This document shows, one piece after another, positions 9,730 through 20,361 of a stretch of DNA of 64,000 nt. The position numbers were made by a program, and so were the translations under genes. Where the stretch lies: positions 1 to 64,000 of the forward strand of contig JAURAC010000011.1 in NCBI GenBank assembly GCA_030586555.1, in the 5' to 3' direction. The notes under the pieces are model-generated. The model made no database searches, had not been told where the DNA came from, and worked only from the letters and a program-made list of their open reading frames with translations. How positions within the stretch are numbered: position 1 is the first letter of the stretch; each line of letters begins with the position of its first letter. The stretch is from Candidatus Subterrananammoxibius californiae. GTDB lineage: Bacteria > Planctomycetota > Brocadiia > Brocadiales > Subterrananammoxibiaceae.

Positions 9730-10605
9730 CTATGTCGTAGTTCTGCTAATTAATGAAACTAAAATTTGATTATACAAATCAATATATGAATTGATAGAGC
9801 TTATAAAAAAATCCTGCAAATATATGCAGATTAAAGATGCAAGAGACAGAAATGGGGCATAAGGAATGATATTAGCCTTCTTTAGAATTAACATGGGTAT
9901 GCCCATAAGAAGGCCAAAGAATGGAGCAATAAAGAATGCAACAATACCTAACTTCCAACCAATGATACCTCCTACCATGCCCATCAATTTAACGTCTCCG
10001 AATCCCATCGCCTCCCGCTTGAGGATTGCCTTTGCCACAATTCCAGTAAGGAAGATTAAACCACCCGCTACAACAATTCCCAGAAATGATGCCGCAAGTG
10101 CATCTATTCGAGGATTTTCCGTAATGGTGAAACATCTGAGCTTTCCTTGAAAATGATGAAGTTCTGGAAATGTAAAGCTCAATATAGGCGCCAAAGCTAA
10201 CCCTGTATAAGTTACCTCGTTTGGAATGATGCGTAACTTTAAGTCCACAAAGGTGCATATAATAAGCGCACACCCAAGCCCGGCATAAATCAGGCAAATG
10301 TAAAAAGGTTCGTGTCGTAGTATTATGAAATAGTAAAATAATGACCCAAATAAAAAGCCAGTTAAAGCCTCTACAACGGGATAAATGGGCGAAATGCGAC
10401 CCTTACAAAAACGACACCGCCCACGTAAAATCAAATAGCTTATTAAAGGAATATTGTCATACCATTTTATAGACCTTCCACAATATGGACATGTAGAGCC
10501 TGGAAAGAATAATGATTTATCTTCAGGAATTCTATAAATGCATACGTTCAAGAAACTCCCTATCACCAATCCAAACACTAAAGAGCATAGTATAAAGCAC
10601 ATCAA
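9730..10605 (-). CDS. pilD: Prepilin peptidase
   Basis: GSFLNVCIYRIP, two CxxC motifs, MGFGDVKL. Confidence 0.9.
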   Translation of the reverse strand: MMCFILCSLVFGLVIGSFLNVCIYRIPEDKSLFFPGSTCPYCGRSIKWYDNIPLISYLILRGRCRFCKGRISPIYPVVEALTGFLFGSLFYYFIILRHEPFYICLIYAGLGCALIICTFVDLKLRIIPNEVTYTGLALAPILSFTFPELHHFQGKLRCFTITENPRIDALAASFLGIVVAGGLIFLTGIVAKAILKREAMGFGDVKLMGMVGGIIGWKLGIVAFFIAPFFGLLMGIPMLILKKANIIPYAPFLSLASLICIYLQDFFISSINSYIDLYNQILVSLISRTTT

Positions 10606-10732
10606 TAATAGCGCCCTCTCAATTACGAATGCGGAGTGCAGAGTGCGGAAGGCAAAAAGGAAAACATTTTAATTCCGCATGTTTCGCTTCGCTCAATCTT
10701 CGACCCCGAATTCCGTACTCCACATTCGATAA

Positions 10733-11986
10733 TCAGGCGGTTTTTCTGTATTTTTGTGCTAACAAGGGTACCTCGCCTTTTACAACAGCAGGGGTAACCG
10801 TATAAACAACAGAGGTATCCTTATCAGAAGAAGGTAGATGATACATTGCATCTAACATAAAATCCTCAAAGATGGAACGCAATGCCCTCGCCCCGGTGCG
10901 GCGTTCCAAAGCCTTTTTACTAATCTCTAAAAGGGCATCATGTGTAAACTCCAGGTTTGCATTTTCCATCTGAAAGAATTTCTGATACTGCTTCACAACG
11001 GCATTCTTGGGTTCTTTCATAATCCTTATAAGGTCGTCCTGGTTAAGCGGCATAAGGGGGGCAATTACATGCAATCTACCAACAAACTCAAGAATCATGC
11101 CAAATTCTATTAAATCTTCAACCTCTACTTTGGAAAGAAGTTGCCCAAGAGACTCATTAGTTGAACCTCCTGTTCTTACATCAAACCCAATTGATTTTTT
11201 CCCGACTCTCCTGCGAATAATATCCTCAATCCCTGTAAAAGTTCCACCACAAATAAAAAGAATATCCGTAGTATCAACCTGGATATACTGTTGCTCCGGG
11301 TGTTTTCTACCACCCTGGGGAGGCACATTGGCTATAGTCCGTTCAAGCATCTTTAGTAATGCCTGCTGGACGCCCTCCCCCGAAACATCCCTGGTTATAG
11401 AGGGATTAGGACCCTTTCTGGCTATCTTATCTATCTCATCAATATATACAATCCCTTGCTGTGCTCGAGCAACATTAAAATCGGCGTTACGAAGCAAGTT
11501 AAGTAAAATATTTTCAACATCTTCGCCAACATAACCTGCCTCCGTAAGCGTAGTAGCATCTGCAATTGCAAAGGGCACATCAAGAATTTTTGCAAGTACA
11601 CGAGCAAGAAGCGTCTTGCCACACCCTGTAGGACCAATTAGCAGGATATTGGTCTTCTCTATCTCTACATCCTTTGATGGCCCAGAAATCAGCCTCTTAT
11701 AATGGTTATAGACGGCAACGGAAAGTATTTTCTTGGCAACATCCTGTCCAACCACATATTCATCTAACTTTTCCTTAATCTGTGCCGGGGTGGCAATCTT
11801 GCTTATTAATTTTGTAGGGGTATTTAATCGGTCCTTCTGAAGTAGTAGGTGACAGGCTTCCACACATTCGCCGCAGATGAATGCGCTATAATCTCCTTGA
11901 ATAAGGCGACTTACAAAATTACCGCTCCTGCCGCAGAATGAGCATATCTTGCTATCGTCTTTTTTCTCAATATTCTTTTTAGCCAT
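10733..11986 (-). CDS. clpX: Clp protease ATP-binding subunit ClpX
   Basis: CSFC zinc finger, [32 protein letters not shown] loop. Confidence 0.97.
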   Translation of the reverse strand: MAKKNIEKKDDSKICSFCGRSGNFVSRLIQGDYSAFICGECVEACHLLLQKDRLNTPTKLISKIATPAQIKEKLDEYVVGQDVAKKILSVAVYNHYKRLISGPSKDVEIEKTNILLIGPTGCGKTLLARVLAKILDVPFAIADATTLTEAGYVGEDVENILLNLLRNADFNVARAQQGIVYIDEIDKIARKGPNPSITRDVSGEGVQQALLKMLERTIANVPPQGGRKHPEQQYIQVDTTDILFICGGTFTGIEDIIRRRVGKKSIGFDVRTGGSTNESLGQLLSKVEVEDLIEFGMILEFVGRLHVIAPLMPLNQDDLIRIMKEPKNAVVKQYQKFFQMENANLEFTHDALLEISKKALERRTGARALRSIFEDFMLDAMYHLPSSDKDTSVVYTVTPAVVKGEVPLLAQKYRKTA

Positions 11987-12167
11987 GAATAGTAATAGAA
12001 ATTTTACCAGTCCAACGGAATGCGTCCAAGTTAGTGTCTATAATATCAAACGGTTTGATAAAAAGTCAAACTATTTTTATATTAAAAGAATAAATGTTTT
12101 TTGCCGATAATTAAACTTAGAAGTGCTAAATCATGAAAATAAAGTAATAACTTGGTGAAGGAAAAAA

Positions 12168-12422
12168 ATGTTACTTCGTTGCAGTAAATGCGGTAGGTTT
12201 CGAAAGTACGGTGTATGGGTTGATGTCCCACAAAGTCTTTTAAGACAGGTACGAAATATACCAATTTCCTACATACTTTGTCAGAATTGCGAGGAGTTAA
12301 AAATAAGTTATGGGGACTCGCTTTTAACAAACCACAAAAAAGACGGCTGCCATTGTAATAATGACAACGGGTCTCACGCCTTCAATCTCAATAAAAGATT
12401 CTGCTCTTGTGGGAATCATTGA
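12168..12422 (+). CDS. Small Cys-rich hypothetical protein (possible Zn ribbon)
   Basis: CSKC...CQNC pairs; gaagga RBS-like sequence upstream. Confidence 0.45.
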   Translation: MLLRCSKCGRFRKYGVWVDVPQSLLRQVRNIPISYILCQNCEELKISYGDSLLTNHKKDGCHCNNDNGSHAFNLNKRFCSCGNH

Positions 12423-12484
12423 GTATTGGTTGGCTGGTATCGCAGACAAACTTGTTTGTCCATGCCACACTGCCTATAAATAAA

Positions 12485-13618
12485 TTAAAACAGTGTTTCA
12501 AGATCTTTAATTCGCGCAACTAACTGGATGGCTATCATGTGACTCGGCACTTCTACGAGAATCCCTTTAATAAAACCAAGACACTTAGTTATAAATTTAT
12601 CATTTGGTTTTGAAGAAGACATCTCTCTATCTATTTCCTTAATTTGTTCTTGAAGTTCGGTCTTTTTCTGAAACTCAAGACCGAGTTTATCAACGGATTC
12701 TTTTAGTGACTGGAGTACTTCCTTCAGTTCCTCATACCCATCTTTGCCAATGGTGGCCTCTTGTTTGGCTTTGTCAGCTAGTTGAATTACGATGTTTGAG
12801 TTGCTGATATTTTCGATTTTAACAGTCTTATTCCCAATACCTTCTTTCCCTGGCTCGGCACCCTTCTCAGCCTGGCGAAGTTCCTCTTTTTCAAGATTTT
12901 TTATTATAGACTCAACCTTGTTTATACTTGGAAACGCAGAGAGATAGGTTATATATTCCTCGTCTTTTCTTTTTAAATTTTCTAATTTAAAATCTGGAAA
13001 TTTAAAAGAGTTGGGATTTTTAGGTGTTGCATAATGGCAAACGGCAGGGTCAGAAAAAAAATATTCAAAAGATTTTGCTACCTCTTTGAAAAGATTGGCT
13101 TTTACTGGTGTTATTTGTTCTTTTTGCCAGAGTCTTTCTAAGGCATAAACAGAATCAAGGGGTTCATTATTATAGAGAAAAGGCTTAACTCCATTCTCTA
13201 TATGCCACTCAAAAAACTTGTCAATCACTCTTCTGCGTCTTGTCAAAACTTCTTTATCTGGTTCAACTCCTGGTATTAGGGAAATTGAAAGGAAATTTGA
13301 TTCAAGGTATTCAGGCAAGATTAGCATGTCCATAAAGTCTACATCAGAAAGGAAAAGGTTGCCCGCACTAACCTCACTGATTTCACGTAAAGTAGATATG
13401 AAAATCCCAGCGTTGAAATATGGTGGGTAGAAACACGTATGCTCCTCAGTTGGTGTATCCCCTTCATCTGGTGGTATCTCCCTATCTTTTGCGTATTTTT
13501 CACAAAAACAAACAAGTATAAAAAGTTTACAACAAAATGGCTCAAGGTGTGTAACAAGATTTTTATAACTTTCTTCCAGTTCATTAAGGGTGTATTTCTT
13601 ATTTGGATTTTTTTCCAT
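12485..13618 (-). CDS. Hypothetical protein (AT-rich, accessory)
   Basis: Long ORF (track start 13666; ATG 13618 with ggag upstream preferred); charged coiled-coil C-terminus; no family recognised. Confidence 0.7.
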   Translation of the reverse strand: MEKNPNKKYTLNELEESYKNLVTHLEPFCCKLFILVCFCEKYAKDREIPPDEGDTPTEEHTCFYPPYFNAGIFISTLREISEVSAGNLFLSDVDFMDMLILPEYLESNFLSISLIPGVEPDKEVLTRRRRVIDKFFEWHIENGVKPFLYNNEPLDSVYALERLWQKEQITPVKANLFKEVAKSFEYFFSDPAVCHYATPKNPNSFKFPDFKLENLKRKDEEYITYLSAFPSINKVESIIKNLEKEELRQAEKGAEPGKEGIGNKTVKIENISNSNIVIQLADKAKQEATIGKDGYEELKEVLQSLKESVDKLGLEFQKKTELQEQIKEIDREMSSSKPNDKFITKCLGFIKGILVEVPSHMIAIQLVARIKDLETLF

Positions 13619-13693
13619 ATAACCATCTCCAATAATAATGGTTATTCGGGTGGTGGAGACAGCCACTTTTCGGGTATGACCCTATCCCCACCC

Positions 13694-13957
13694 TCAAAAC
13701 TTATCAATCAATCCGTGAGTGCCTATATAGTAAAGCCTAAAAATATTGCCTTCTATCTTAAAGACGCATCTATACCCCTTGTCCACATAAAATTCCCAGA
13801 AGTTAGTCCCTTGAAGTTTATGAATTTGCAATGAGCGATGTTTGGGATTCTCTTTGAGGTAGGTTAACTGCTTCTTAAACTTCTTTTTTATCTCTTTAGG
13901 CAGGGCGTCATACTGTGGTAGAAATTCTGGCTCAATGGCAATAAGATACTTGCTCAA
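13694..13957 (-). CDS. RelE/ParE-like toxin
   Basis: ENPKHRSLQIHKL...WEFYVDKGYRCVF...IGTH; overlaps the upstream antitoxin gene. Confidence 0.8.
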   Translation of the reverse strand: MSKYLIAIEPEFLPQYDALPKEIKKKFKKQLTYLKENPKHRSLQIHKLQGTNFWEFYVDKGYRCVFKIEGNIFRLYYIGTHGLIDKF

Positions 13958-14223
13958 TCCTTCAGTTCCTTTAAAAGTTCGTCAATCGTATACGTCTTAA
14001 ATTTACCCGCCTTAAAATTCTTTTCAGCCTTCTTTATCTTCTCCTGCACCTCTTTCGTCCAAAACCACGCCTGAGAGCGTGGAATGTTTATTGTAGGCTC
14101 TAAAATAATCTTGCTATCCTCTACCCTGAATATTAGCTGGTCTCCCTTTTTAATGTGCAAGGCTTCCCTTACCTTCTTGGGTATTGAAATTTGCCCTTTG
14201 GTAGATATTGTAACCGTTTTCAT
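13954..14223 (-). CDS. AbrB/MazE-family antitoxin
   Basis: STKGQISIPKKVRE...GD; SQAWFWT.E.Q tail. Confidence 0.9.
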   Translation of the reverse strand: MKTVTISTKGQISIPKKVREALHIKKGDQLIFRVEDSKIILEPTINIPRSQAWFWTKEVQEKIKKAEKNFKAGKFKTYTIDELLKELKD

Positions 14224-14338
14224 GTTTTTATCCTTTCTTTTTTAATGTTGTAAGAATTTAGGGCTATCTTACTATTTTTATTAAGTATTGTCAAATATTT
14301 CCGTTGGCTTTCTCAAAATTTTATAGTGTAACCCGGAT

Positions 14339-14552
14339 AGGATGTATAACTATGGTGATGAAAGCGAATTGGGTGGGTAGTGGGGTCTTCTGAGAAAAAT
14401 TTATGTCGTACTTACGCCGTACCTATGGATAAAACCAAATAAAAAGACACCAAAACAAAGACAAGACGGAAAAGTCATAAGTCCTTATCTTGGTGTCTCA
14501 AATCAAAAACTCTAAAACCACCTAAAAGCCCTTAAAAAGCCGTATAAATGGC
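14339..14552 (+). repeat. Left copy of the island-flanking imperfect direct repeat
   Basis: Aligns with 33449-33684, e.g. gaattgggYgggtagtgggg and agacaccaaaacaaagRcaagacggaaaagtcataagtcctt...ttggtgtctcaaat. Confidence 0.9.
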
Positions 14553-14910
14553 ATTTAAATAAGGACAAAGTATTCGCAAAGATTAATTTTGCAATTCTTT
14601 AAGCCCTTGATAATACAAAGATATAACAAAGCTCTTAATGAATCATCTTTGCTCATCAGTGGGTTAAATCACAGGCAATTCAAAAGGCTCTCCTTGCTCT
14701 ATTTGATTTCTTAGGACAAAGGAGCCTAAATCCTCTTTGCGAAACCTGACCAACCTGCCAATTTTAACAATGGGCAACGCCTTTTTCATACTCAGTTGGT
14801 ACACAGAAGACTTTTTGATTTTCAAATATTCCGCTGCACTCGACTTGAGGAGTAATATTTCTACATTCAGTAATCATTTAGCATTGAGTTAGTACACTAT
14901 TAATTCATAC

Positions 14911-14939
14911 TTGACAAATGGGCTTAAATATAATATTAT
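14911..14939 (+). promoter_or_regulatory. Putative sigma70 promoter upstream of scmD
   Basis: TTGACA-17-TATTAT. Confidence 0.5.
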
Positions 14940-15170
14940 GCCCTTTTAGACAATTTTAGGCGATAAATAGTTTTGCCTCTAACCTATGTACAAAGTATTT
15001 TAGCATCTATTAAGTTTATCTCATCGGAAAAATTGCATAACCCGTCAGATGATACTTAACTTTTGACTAAAAGAGACAGCGGGCAAAGAGGTACGGTTTT
15101 ACTTACTACAATTTGTTTGCCACATCAAACCACCGTACAAATAAGACATTAAAAGGAGAGAAATAAGAGC

Positions 15171-15455
15171 ATGCCAGACAATAACAAACCCGTGTCCAAT
15201 CCTTTAATCGTACTTCGAGAGGAATTTGATGACTGGGCAGTGCTTTTCGACCCTGACTCAGGCGATGGCTTCGGACTAAACCCTGTAAGCGTATTTATCT
15301 GGAAGCGCCTTGATGGCAAGCACACAATCGAAAACATCCTTATAGAACTGCGTGATAACTGTGAAGGAGTACCCGATGAGGCGAGGGACCACCTTGAGAA
15401 GTTTGTTCAGGAGCTGGTTGACCACGGTTTTGCAGGACACGAACTCAAGACATAA
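15171..15455 (+). CDS. scmD: PqqD-family RiPP recognition element (SynChlorMet ScmD)
   Basis: NP.IVLREEFDDWAVLFDPD.G..FGLNPV.VFIWK.LDG; aggag RBS. Confidence 0.85.
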   Translation: MPDNNKPVSNPLIVLREEFDDWAVLFDPDSGDGFGLNPVSVFIWKRLDGKHTIENILIELRDNCEGVPDEARDHLEKFVQELVDHGFAGHELKT

Positions 15456-15527
15456 ACAAAACATACGCTTTAATTCCACATTTAGATTTAATTAAGAGTC
15501 TTGGATTATCATGTGAGGAAAATAGTT

Positions 15528-16706
15528 ATGATAGAAAATTCGATGATAAATAATACATCTACAAAGAGCGCAAGACTCGACGACTGGATGCAGCCCGTCT
15601 TAGAAGGTGGCCCAGTCAGTGTCATGCAAACACCGCGTTCGCTTGAGATTTCCATAACTGGAAAATGTAACCTGCACTGTAAGACCTGCTTTTACACCGA
15701 CGAAATGGTAGCCCTGCGCAACCTTCCCACATCAAAGTGGCTGGCGGTCTTCGATGAACTTGGCACATTGAGTGTCATGGATGTCTGCATCTCTGGCGGT
15801 GAGCCTATGACACACCCAGATATCCTCACACTCATCGACGCAATCGTTAAGAACCGCATGCGCTTCACCATGCTCTCAAATGGCACGCTCTTCAATAAGG
15901 AAAATGCACAGTACATCAAAAATACTTGCCGTTGTAACAACATACAAGTCTCCATAGATGGTTCCTGTCCGGAGGTACATGACAAGATTCGTGGCAAGGG
16001 GGCTTTTAACAAGGCAGTACGTGGCATCAAAATCCTTAAGGAAGCCGGCATTAATGTGTCGGCTCGTGTAACGATTAATAGGCTCAACCTCAAGGACCTG
16101 CAGAACACTTTTAAGTTATTGTTTGATGATTTGCAATTAAAGAGTGTTGGCACAAACGAGGCATTCCCGCGTGGTTCCGCCCACTGCAACATTAAAGACC
16201 TCGACATGACCCCCGAGGAACGCAGGGAGGCAGAGCGAATATGTCTTGAGTCCTCCGAGAAATATCCTGCCCTATCGGCAGCCGCTGGGCCATTGGCGTT
16301 GGGCCGAAAGCTCAAGAAAATTAAAGAGGACCTTAAAAACCCACCTAAAGAAAAGCCACGTAAAGGCGGCTTTCTCAGGGCTTGTAACATCGCCTATAAT
16401 AAATTGTCCATTCTTCATGATGGTAAGATTGTTCCGTGCACCCAGCTGCCCCACATGGTACTCGGGCAAGTTGGCGTCGACTCCATTAAAGATGTCTGGA
16501 ATGATTCGGTTGGACTACAATATCTTCGAACGCGCCATCGCATCCCACTGGGTCAGCTCGAAGAATGTCGTGATTGCAAGTATCAACAGTACTGTACTGG
16601 TGGGTGCCCCGCAGTCGGTTATGCTGTAACTGGCAAAATGACCGGCCGCAATCCGCGCGATTGTTACCGTGCATTGTTAGGGGAGGACCCTGAGTATGTC
16701 TTCTAA
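15528..16706 (+). CDS. scmE: Radical SAM/SPASM peptide maturase (ScmE-like, copy 1)
   Basis: CNLHCKTC, SGGEP, VSIDG; SPASM Cys C..PC..CRDC.....CTGGCP...C. Start may be 15528 or 15543. Confidence 0.85.
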   Translation: MIENSMINNTSTKSARLDDWMQPVLEGGPVSVMQTPRSLEISITGKCNLHCKTCFYTDEMVALRNLPTSKWLAVFDELGTLSVMDVCISGGEPMTHPDILTLIDAIVKNRMRFTMLSNGTLFNKENAQYIKNTCRCNNIQVSIDGSCPEVHDKIRGKGAFNKAVRGIKILKEAGINVSARVTINRLNLKDLQNTFKLLFDDLQLKSVGTNEAFPRGSAHCNIKDLDMTPEERREAERICLESSEKYPALSAAAGPLALGRKLKKIKEDLKNPPKEKPRKGGFLRACNIAYNKLSILHDGKIVPCTQLPHMVLGQVGVDSIKDVWNDSVGLQYLRTRHRIPLGQLEECRDCKYQQYCTGGCPAVGYAVTGKMTGRNPRDCYRALLGEDPEYVF

Positions 16707-17985
16707 AGAATCACCAGCAGCCGTGTTATCCAATAAACGAAAAAGATACCAGATAGAAATCAACGTACCCGCTATCCGCAAGGCATTAGACTCAAGACCA
16801 GCGGCACAAGTCGAAAATACCATAACCGACCCCTGTCAGGACGGAGACCCGCACCTTTCCGTACAAGACAAGGCATCCTTCCAACCGCCCCCCGCCCTTG
16901 AACCGGGGGTGCCAGCTTTACGGACATATTACATGTACCTAACCGAGGGCTGTAACCTTGCCTGCCAACACTGCTGGGTCAAACCAACCTACACTCAGGA
17001 CAAAGGTACTGGCGGTCATGTAGAACTAAACAGGCTACTAAAGGCGTGCGAAGACGCCAAGCCTTTGGGACTCAGCCAGGTAAAGCTAACCGGCGGAGAG
17101 CCGCTTCTCTATCCCGATTTCGTAGACCTTGTCTATGCCCTAAAGAAAATGGGCCTACGCATCTGGATGGAGACCAACCTGACGCTGCTAACGCCAGAAA
17201 ATGCTAACGCAACTCTCGATACGATGAAGTTCATTTCAACCAGCCTGGATTCGGCTACAGAGGAAGGGCACGACACGTTCCGGGGCGTTAAGGGCGGTTT
17301 CAGGGCTACATGCGAAGCTATTAAGCTGCTCAGCCCACACATTAACCTTCAGGTGATTATGTCCGTTCATAGCGGCAACGCAGACGAGATTGAGGACCTT
17401 ATAAAGTTATCTAAGGACCTTGGCGCCAGAAGCGTTAAATTCAACCTGATACAGATGGTCGGCCGCGCCAACATCATGAAGAGGGACGGAAGGGTTCTGG
17501 ATATTCACGAACTCATTAGACTCGGCAATTTGGTAGAAAGGCAATTGACAGAAAAATACAACATGCCCCTCATCTGGTCATGGCCATCAGCCTTTGCATC
17601 AATCAAGGACTTAACGAAGGGTAAACACCGCGGCATGTGTGGTATCCATAACATCCTTGGAGTCCTGGGCAGCGGCCACTATGCACTCTGCGGGATTGGA
17701 CAAACCGTTGAGGAGTTGGTCTATGGCTCATTGGACGATGACATTGTGGACATATGGAATCACAACGAAATGCTAAAACGCTTGCGTACCGAGCTTCCTG
17801 CTGAATTGAGGGGCATCTGTGGGGATTGCATCCACAAAAGAGGCTGTAAGGCACATTGTGTTGCCAACAATTACTATGAAAGTAATTCCTTAAAGGAGTC
17901 CAATTGGTTCTGCGCAGAGGCACATCGTGCAGGCTTGTTTCCAGAGAGCCGCATGGTAGCGCCGTATTTAGCACAACCCGTTTGA
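16696..17985 (+). CDS. scmF: Radical SAM/SPASM peptide maturase (ScmF-like)
   Basis: YMYLTEGCNLACQHCW, KLTGGEP, CGIHNILGVL..G.YALCGIG, GICGDC...C..HCVA; overlaps scmE. Confidence 0.85.
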   Translation: MSSKESPAAVLSNKRKRYQIEINVPAIRKALDSRPAAQVENTITDPCQDGDPHLSVQDKASFQPPPALEPGVPALRTYYMYLTEGCNLACQHCWVKPTYTQDKGTGGHVELNRLLKACEDAKPLGLSQVKLTGGEPLLYPDFVDLVYALKKMGLRIWMETNLTLLTPENANATLDTMKFISTSLDSATEEGHDTFRGVKGGFRATCEAIKLLSPHINLQVIMSVHSGNADEIEDLIKLSKDLGARSVKFNLIQMVGRANIMKRDGRVLDIHELIRLGNLVERQLTEKYNMPLIWSWPSAFASIKDLTKGKHRGMCGIHNILGVLGSGHYALCGIGQTVEELVYGSLDDDIVDIWNHNEMLKRLRTELPAELRGICGDCIHKRGCKAHCVANNYYESNSLKESNWFCAEAHRAGLFPESRMVAPYLAQPV

Positions 17986-18008
17986 ACAGAAGGAAAGGAG
18001 AAAGAAGG

Positions 18009-18215
18009 ATGAAGGAAAAACGTAAAGACGTGAAAAAAATGAAGTACGAGGAACCTCGGCTTATTAAGCTAAACACTGATGAGGGTACGGGACAGTGCGA
18101 AACCGGTAGCGGCGCTCCGGGATGTTTTGTTGGCAACACAGCAGCTCAGGGTTGTTTTAGTTTTGGGAACACCCCTGGAGCATTTTGCGACAATGGGAAT
18201 TCCCCCCCTGATTAA
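18009..18215 (+). CDS. RiPP precursor P1 (68 aa, 4 Cys)
   Basis: MKEKRKDVKKMKYEEPRLIKL...GTGQCETGSG..CFVGN..CFSFGN..CDNGN; RBS upstream of ATG 18009. Confidence 0.85.
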   Translation: MKEKRKDVKKMKYEEPRLIKLNTDEGTGQCETGSGAPGCFVGNTAAQGCFSFGNTPGAFCDNGNSPPD

Positions 18216-18325
18216 TGTTTCTAACTTTATAACGAAAAACATCCCGAATGCCTGTGTAACAGGAACGGGTGGGCTCTTTATTCAAGATAATTAGGATTTA
18301 GGATCTGTGAAAAAAGAGGATATCT

Positions 18326-18350
18326 CGTTCCCACGCTCTGCGTGGGAACG
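18326..18350. repeat. REP-like hairpin
   Basis: cgttcccacgc-tct-gcgtgggaacg. Confidence 0.7.
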
Positions 18351-18359
18351 GGCAAAGAG

Positions 18360-19343
18360 ATGTTAGGGCAACGAATCAAAGAATTACGGCAGAGGAACGG
18401 CGTATCGCTGGAAGAAATAGCTCGCAATACAGATTTGCTGGTAGAAACGTTGAGCCGCATTGAATGCGGTGAAATTGAGCGCCTCGACGGATGCTTGCTT
18501 GTCAAGATTGCCGACAGCCTCCGTTTGAAGAGCGCTTATGATTTCACTGCTTTGATGCAGCTTAATAAAAATCCGAGGAGATTCCACGCGTACGCCTTAG
18601 GCCTTCCAAAGACGGGGTCGGTGTCCCTTGCAGGTATCTTCGCTAACTACCGCTCGAGCCATGAATTCGACCAGTGGAATACGCACCAAACAATTATTAA
18701 ATATAAAAAAGGCGAGATTTCACGTGAGCAGTTTCGTGAATATCTCAAGAAGCGGGACCTTGCCGCGGGGCTTCTTGAGATGGACTCGGCGCATTTTAAC
18801 CGCCATTATATGGATATTCTTGCCGAAGAATTTCCGAGCGCTAAATTTATCTGCCTCATCAGGGACTGCTACTCATGGGTAAATTCCTGCATAAACTATT
18901 TCACTATGCCTGAGCGTGAGGCACTGCAGAGCCAGGAGCTTCGTAACGGCATGCCTTTCGACTTGCCCAGGGGTTCAAATAGCCAAAAAGATGAATTGGT
19001 TAAGAATTTCCATAAATATATAGACTCGCCCCTTTCACACTGGACGGAGGCATATCATGACATAATTGAAAAACTTCCTTCCGGCAGGTCCATAATTATA
19101 AAGACAAATGAACTCTCTAATAAAATACCTGATTTAGCCCGCTTTGTGGGTGTTCCTGAAGATTCATTAATTAAAGAACGGTCCCATCTCAATAGGGCAG
19201 AGTATCAGGTAAAAATACTGCAAGGACTGGATTATGAATTCTTAGAGGCAAAGTTCAATGAGCATTGCAAGGATTTGATGGACGAATTCTTCCCTGGGTA
19301 TTCACTGAAGGATTACTTAGGGGTGGATATGGTCACAATTTAA
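18360..19343 (+). CDS. XRE-type HTH fused to a sulfotransferase domain
   Basis: LGQRIKELRQ..SLEEIA..TLSRIE.G HTH; GLPKTGSVSL (5'-PSB-like) and LIRD..SWVNS (3'-PB-like). Confidence 0.75.
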   Translation: MLGQRIKELRQRNGVSLEEIARNTDLLVETLSRIECGEIERLDGCLLVKIADSLRLKSAYDFTALMQLNKNPRRFHAYALGLPKTGSVSLAGIFANYRSSHEFDQWNTHQTIIKYKKGEISREQFREYLKKRDLAAGLLEMDSAHFNRHYMDILAEEFPSAKFICLIRDCYSWVNSCINYFTMPEREALQSQELRNGMPFDLPRGSNSQKDELVKNFHKYIDSPLSHWTEAYHDIIEKLPSGRSIIIKTNELSNKIPDLARFVGVPEDSLIKERSHLNRAEYQVKILQGLDYEFLEAKFNEHCKDLMDEFFPGYSLKDYLGVDMVTI

Positions 19344-19371
19344 TTTTGATTAATATTTACTGGAGTGTTTA

Positions 19372-20331
19372 ATGTCTATTATTAGCGAAAGCGGACGCCA
19401 GAGGACGCCCGCCCTGGTGGGCGGCTTCTCTATTAAGTTATGCAACGGTCAGGGGTGGTATATCGTGGGTAATAAGGAAACACAACCCATAGTTGAAACA
19501 CTGGCATCAATATTACAAATAGAACCCGGTAATCAAAACGGGTACCCGCGACTGATTTTTACCCACGCCACAGAGGAACTATTAGAGACGCAAGATTTTG
19601 CGTCTCTACTTTCGTCAGGAGGGTGGCGCTCTCAAGACCTACCTTCCATGAAACTATGGCATCACGACGATACAGAAGACGTTATTTGCGAGCTTAACCG
19701 TGAGGTGGACGATAGTATTGAGATTTTTAGGCTGTGCTTTGTACTCAACCCCATTTATCAACGAGCCCTGGAGATAGGGGGGCTTCCCTTGCACGCAGGT
19801 CTGGTTGAATTGAATGGTCGTGGAGCACTGCTTGCCGCCAGGGGTAATATCGGAAAGTCAACATGTTGTAGCCGCATTCCACAACCATGGCGCGCCCTGT
19901 GCGATGACGAATCACTTATTGTACTCGATGCCCGAAACCAATATCGGGCACACCCATTCCCGACATGGAGCAATTACCTCTACGACCGTCCCAAACGGTC
20001 GTGGAACGTCCAGCAACACGTTCCCCTTGCTGCGATATTCTTCCTCGAACAGGCGGAAAAGGATGAGGTTGTCCCTATAGGACAGGGACAAGCAGGGATA
20101 TTAATAAACACATCTGCAACCGAGGTGTGTAGCAAACAGTGGAGGAAACTAACTCCCGAAGAGGAAAGGGCACAGAAAAAGAAACTGTTCGATAACGCAT
20201 GTGCGCTTGCCAAATCGGTTCCAGCATTTATCCTACGTGTCAGCCTCACTGGACGATTCTGGGATGAGATGGAAAGGGTTTTACCAGATTTTACAAAGGG
20301 CGTTGATATAAATATAGAAGTTATGAGGTAA
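19372..20331 (+). CDS. scmC: SynChlorMet ScmC, HPr-kinase-like P-loop protein
   Basis: GGLPLHAGLVE..G.GALLAA.G..GKSTC, ALCDDE and AHPFPTWS motifs. Confidence 0.8.
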   Translation: MSIISESGRQRTPALVGGFSIKLCNGQGWYIVGNKETQPIVETLASILQIEPGNQNGYPRLIFTHATEELLETQDFASLLSSGGWRSQDLPSMKLWHHDDTEDVICELNREVDDSIEIFRLCFVLNPIYQRALEIGGLPLHAGLVELNGRGALLAARGNIGKSTCCSRIPQPWRALCDDESLIVLDARNQYRAHPFPTWSNYLYDRPKRSWNVQQHVPLAAIFFLEQAEKDEVVPIGQGQAGILINTSATEVCSKQWRKLTPEEERAQKKKLFDNACALAKSVPAFILRVSLTGRFWDEMERVLPDFTKGVDINIEVMR

Positions 20332-20361
20332 TCAATACATAAATACGGAGTTTCTTTAGAT

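Noticed and set aside
13679..14552. Integron attC/attI sites around the TA pairs
   Set aside because: No convincing RYYYAAC...GTTRRRY pairing and no integron integrase.
14553..15170. Riboswitch, tRNA or integrase remnant in the long non-coding stretch
   Set aside because: Only weak hairpins; no consensus I can recognise. A Rfam scan would be needed.
17904..18008. Longer N-termini of precursor ORFs in the track (also 20939, 28120, 29074, 31321, 31658)
   Set aside because: The recurring KGGRK is just the translated RBS (aaaggaggaagaaaa); real starts are at MGEE/MKEK.
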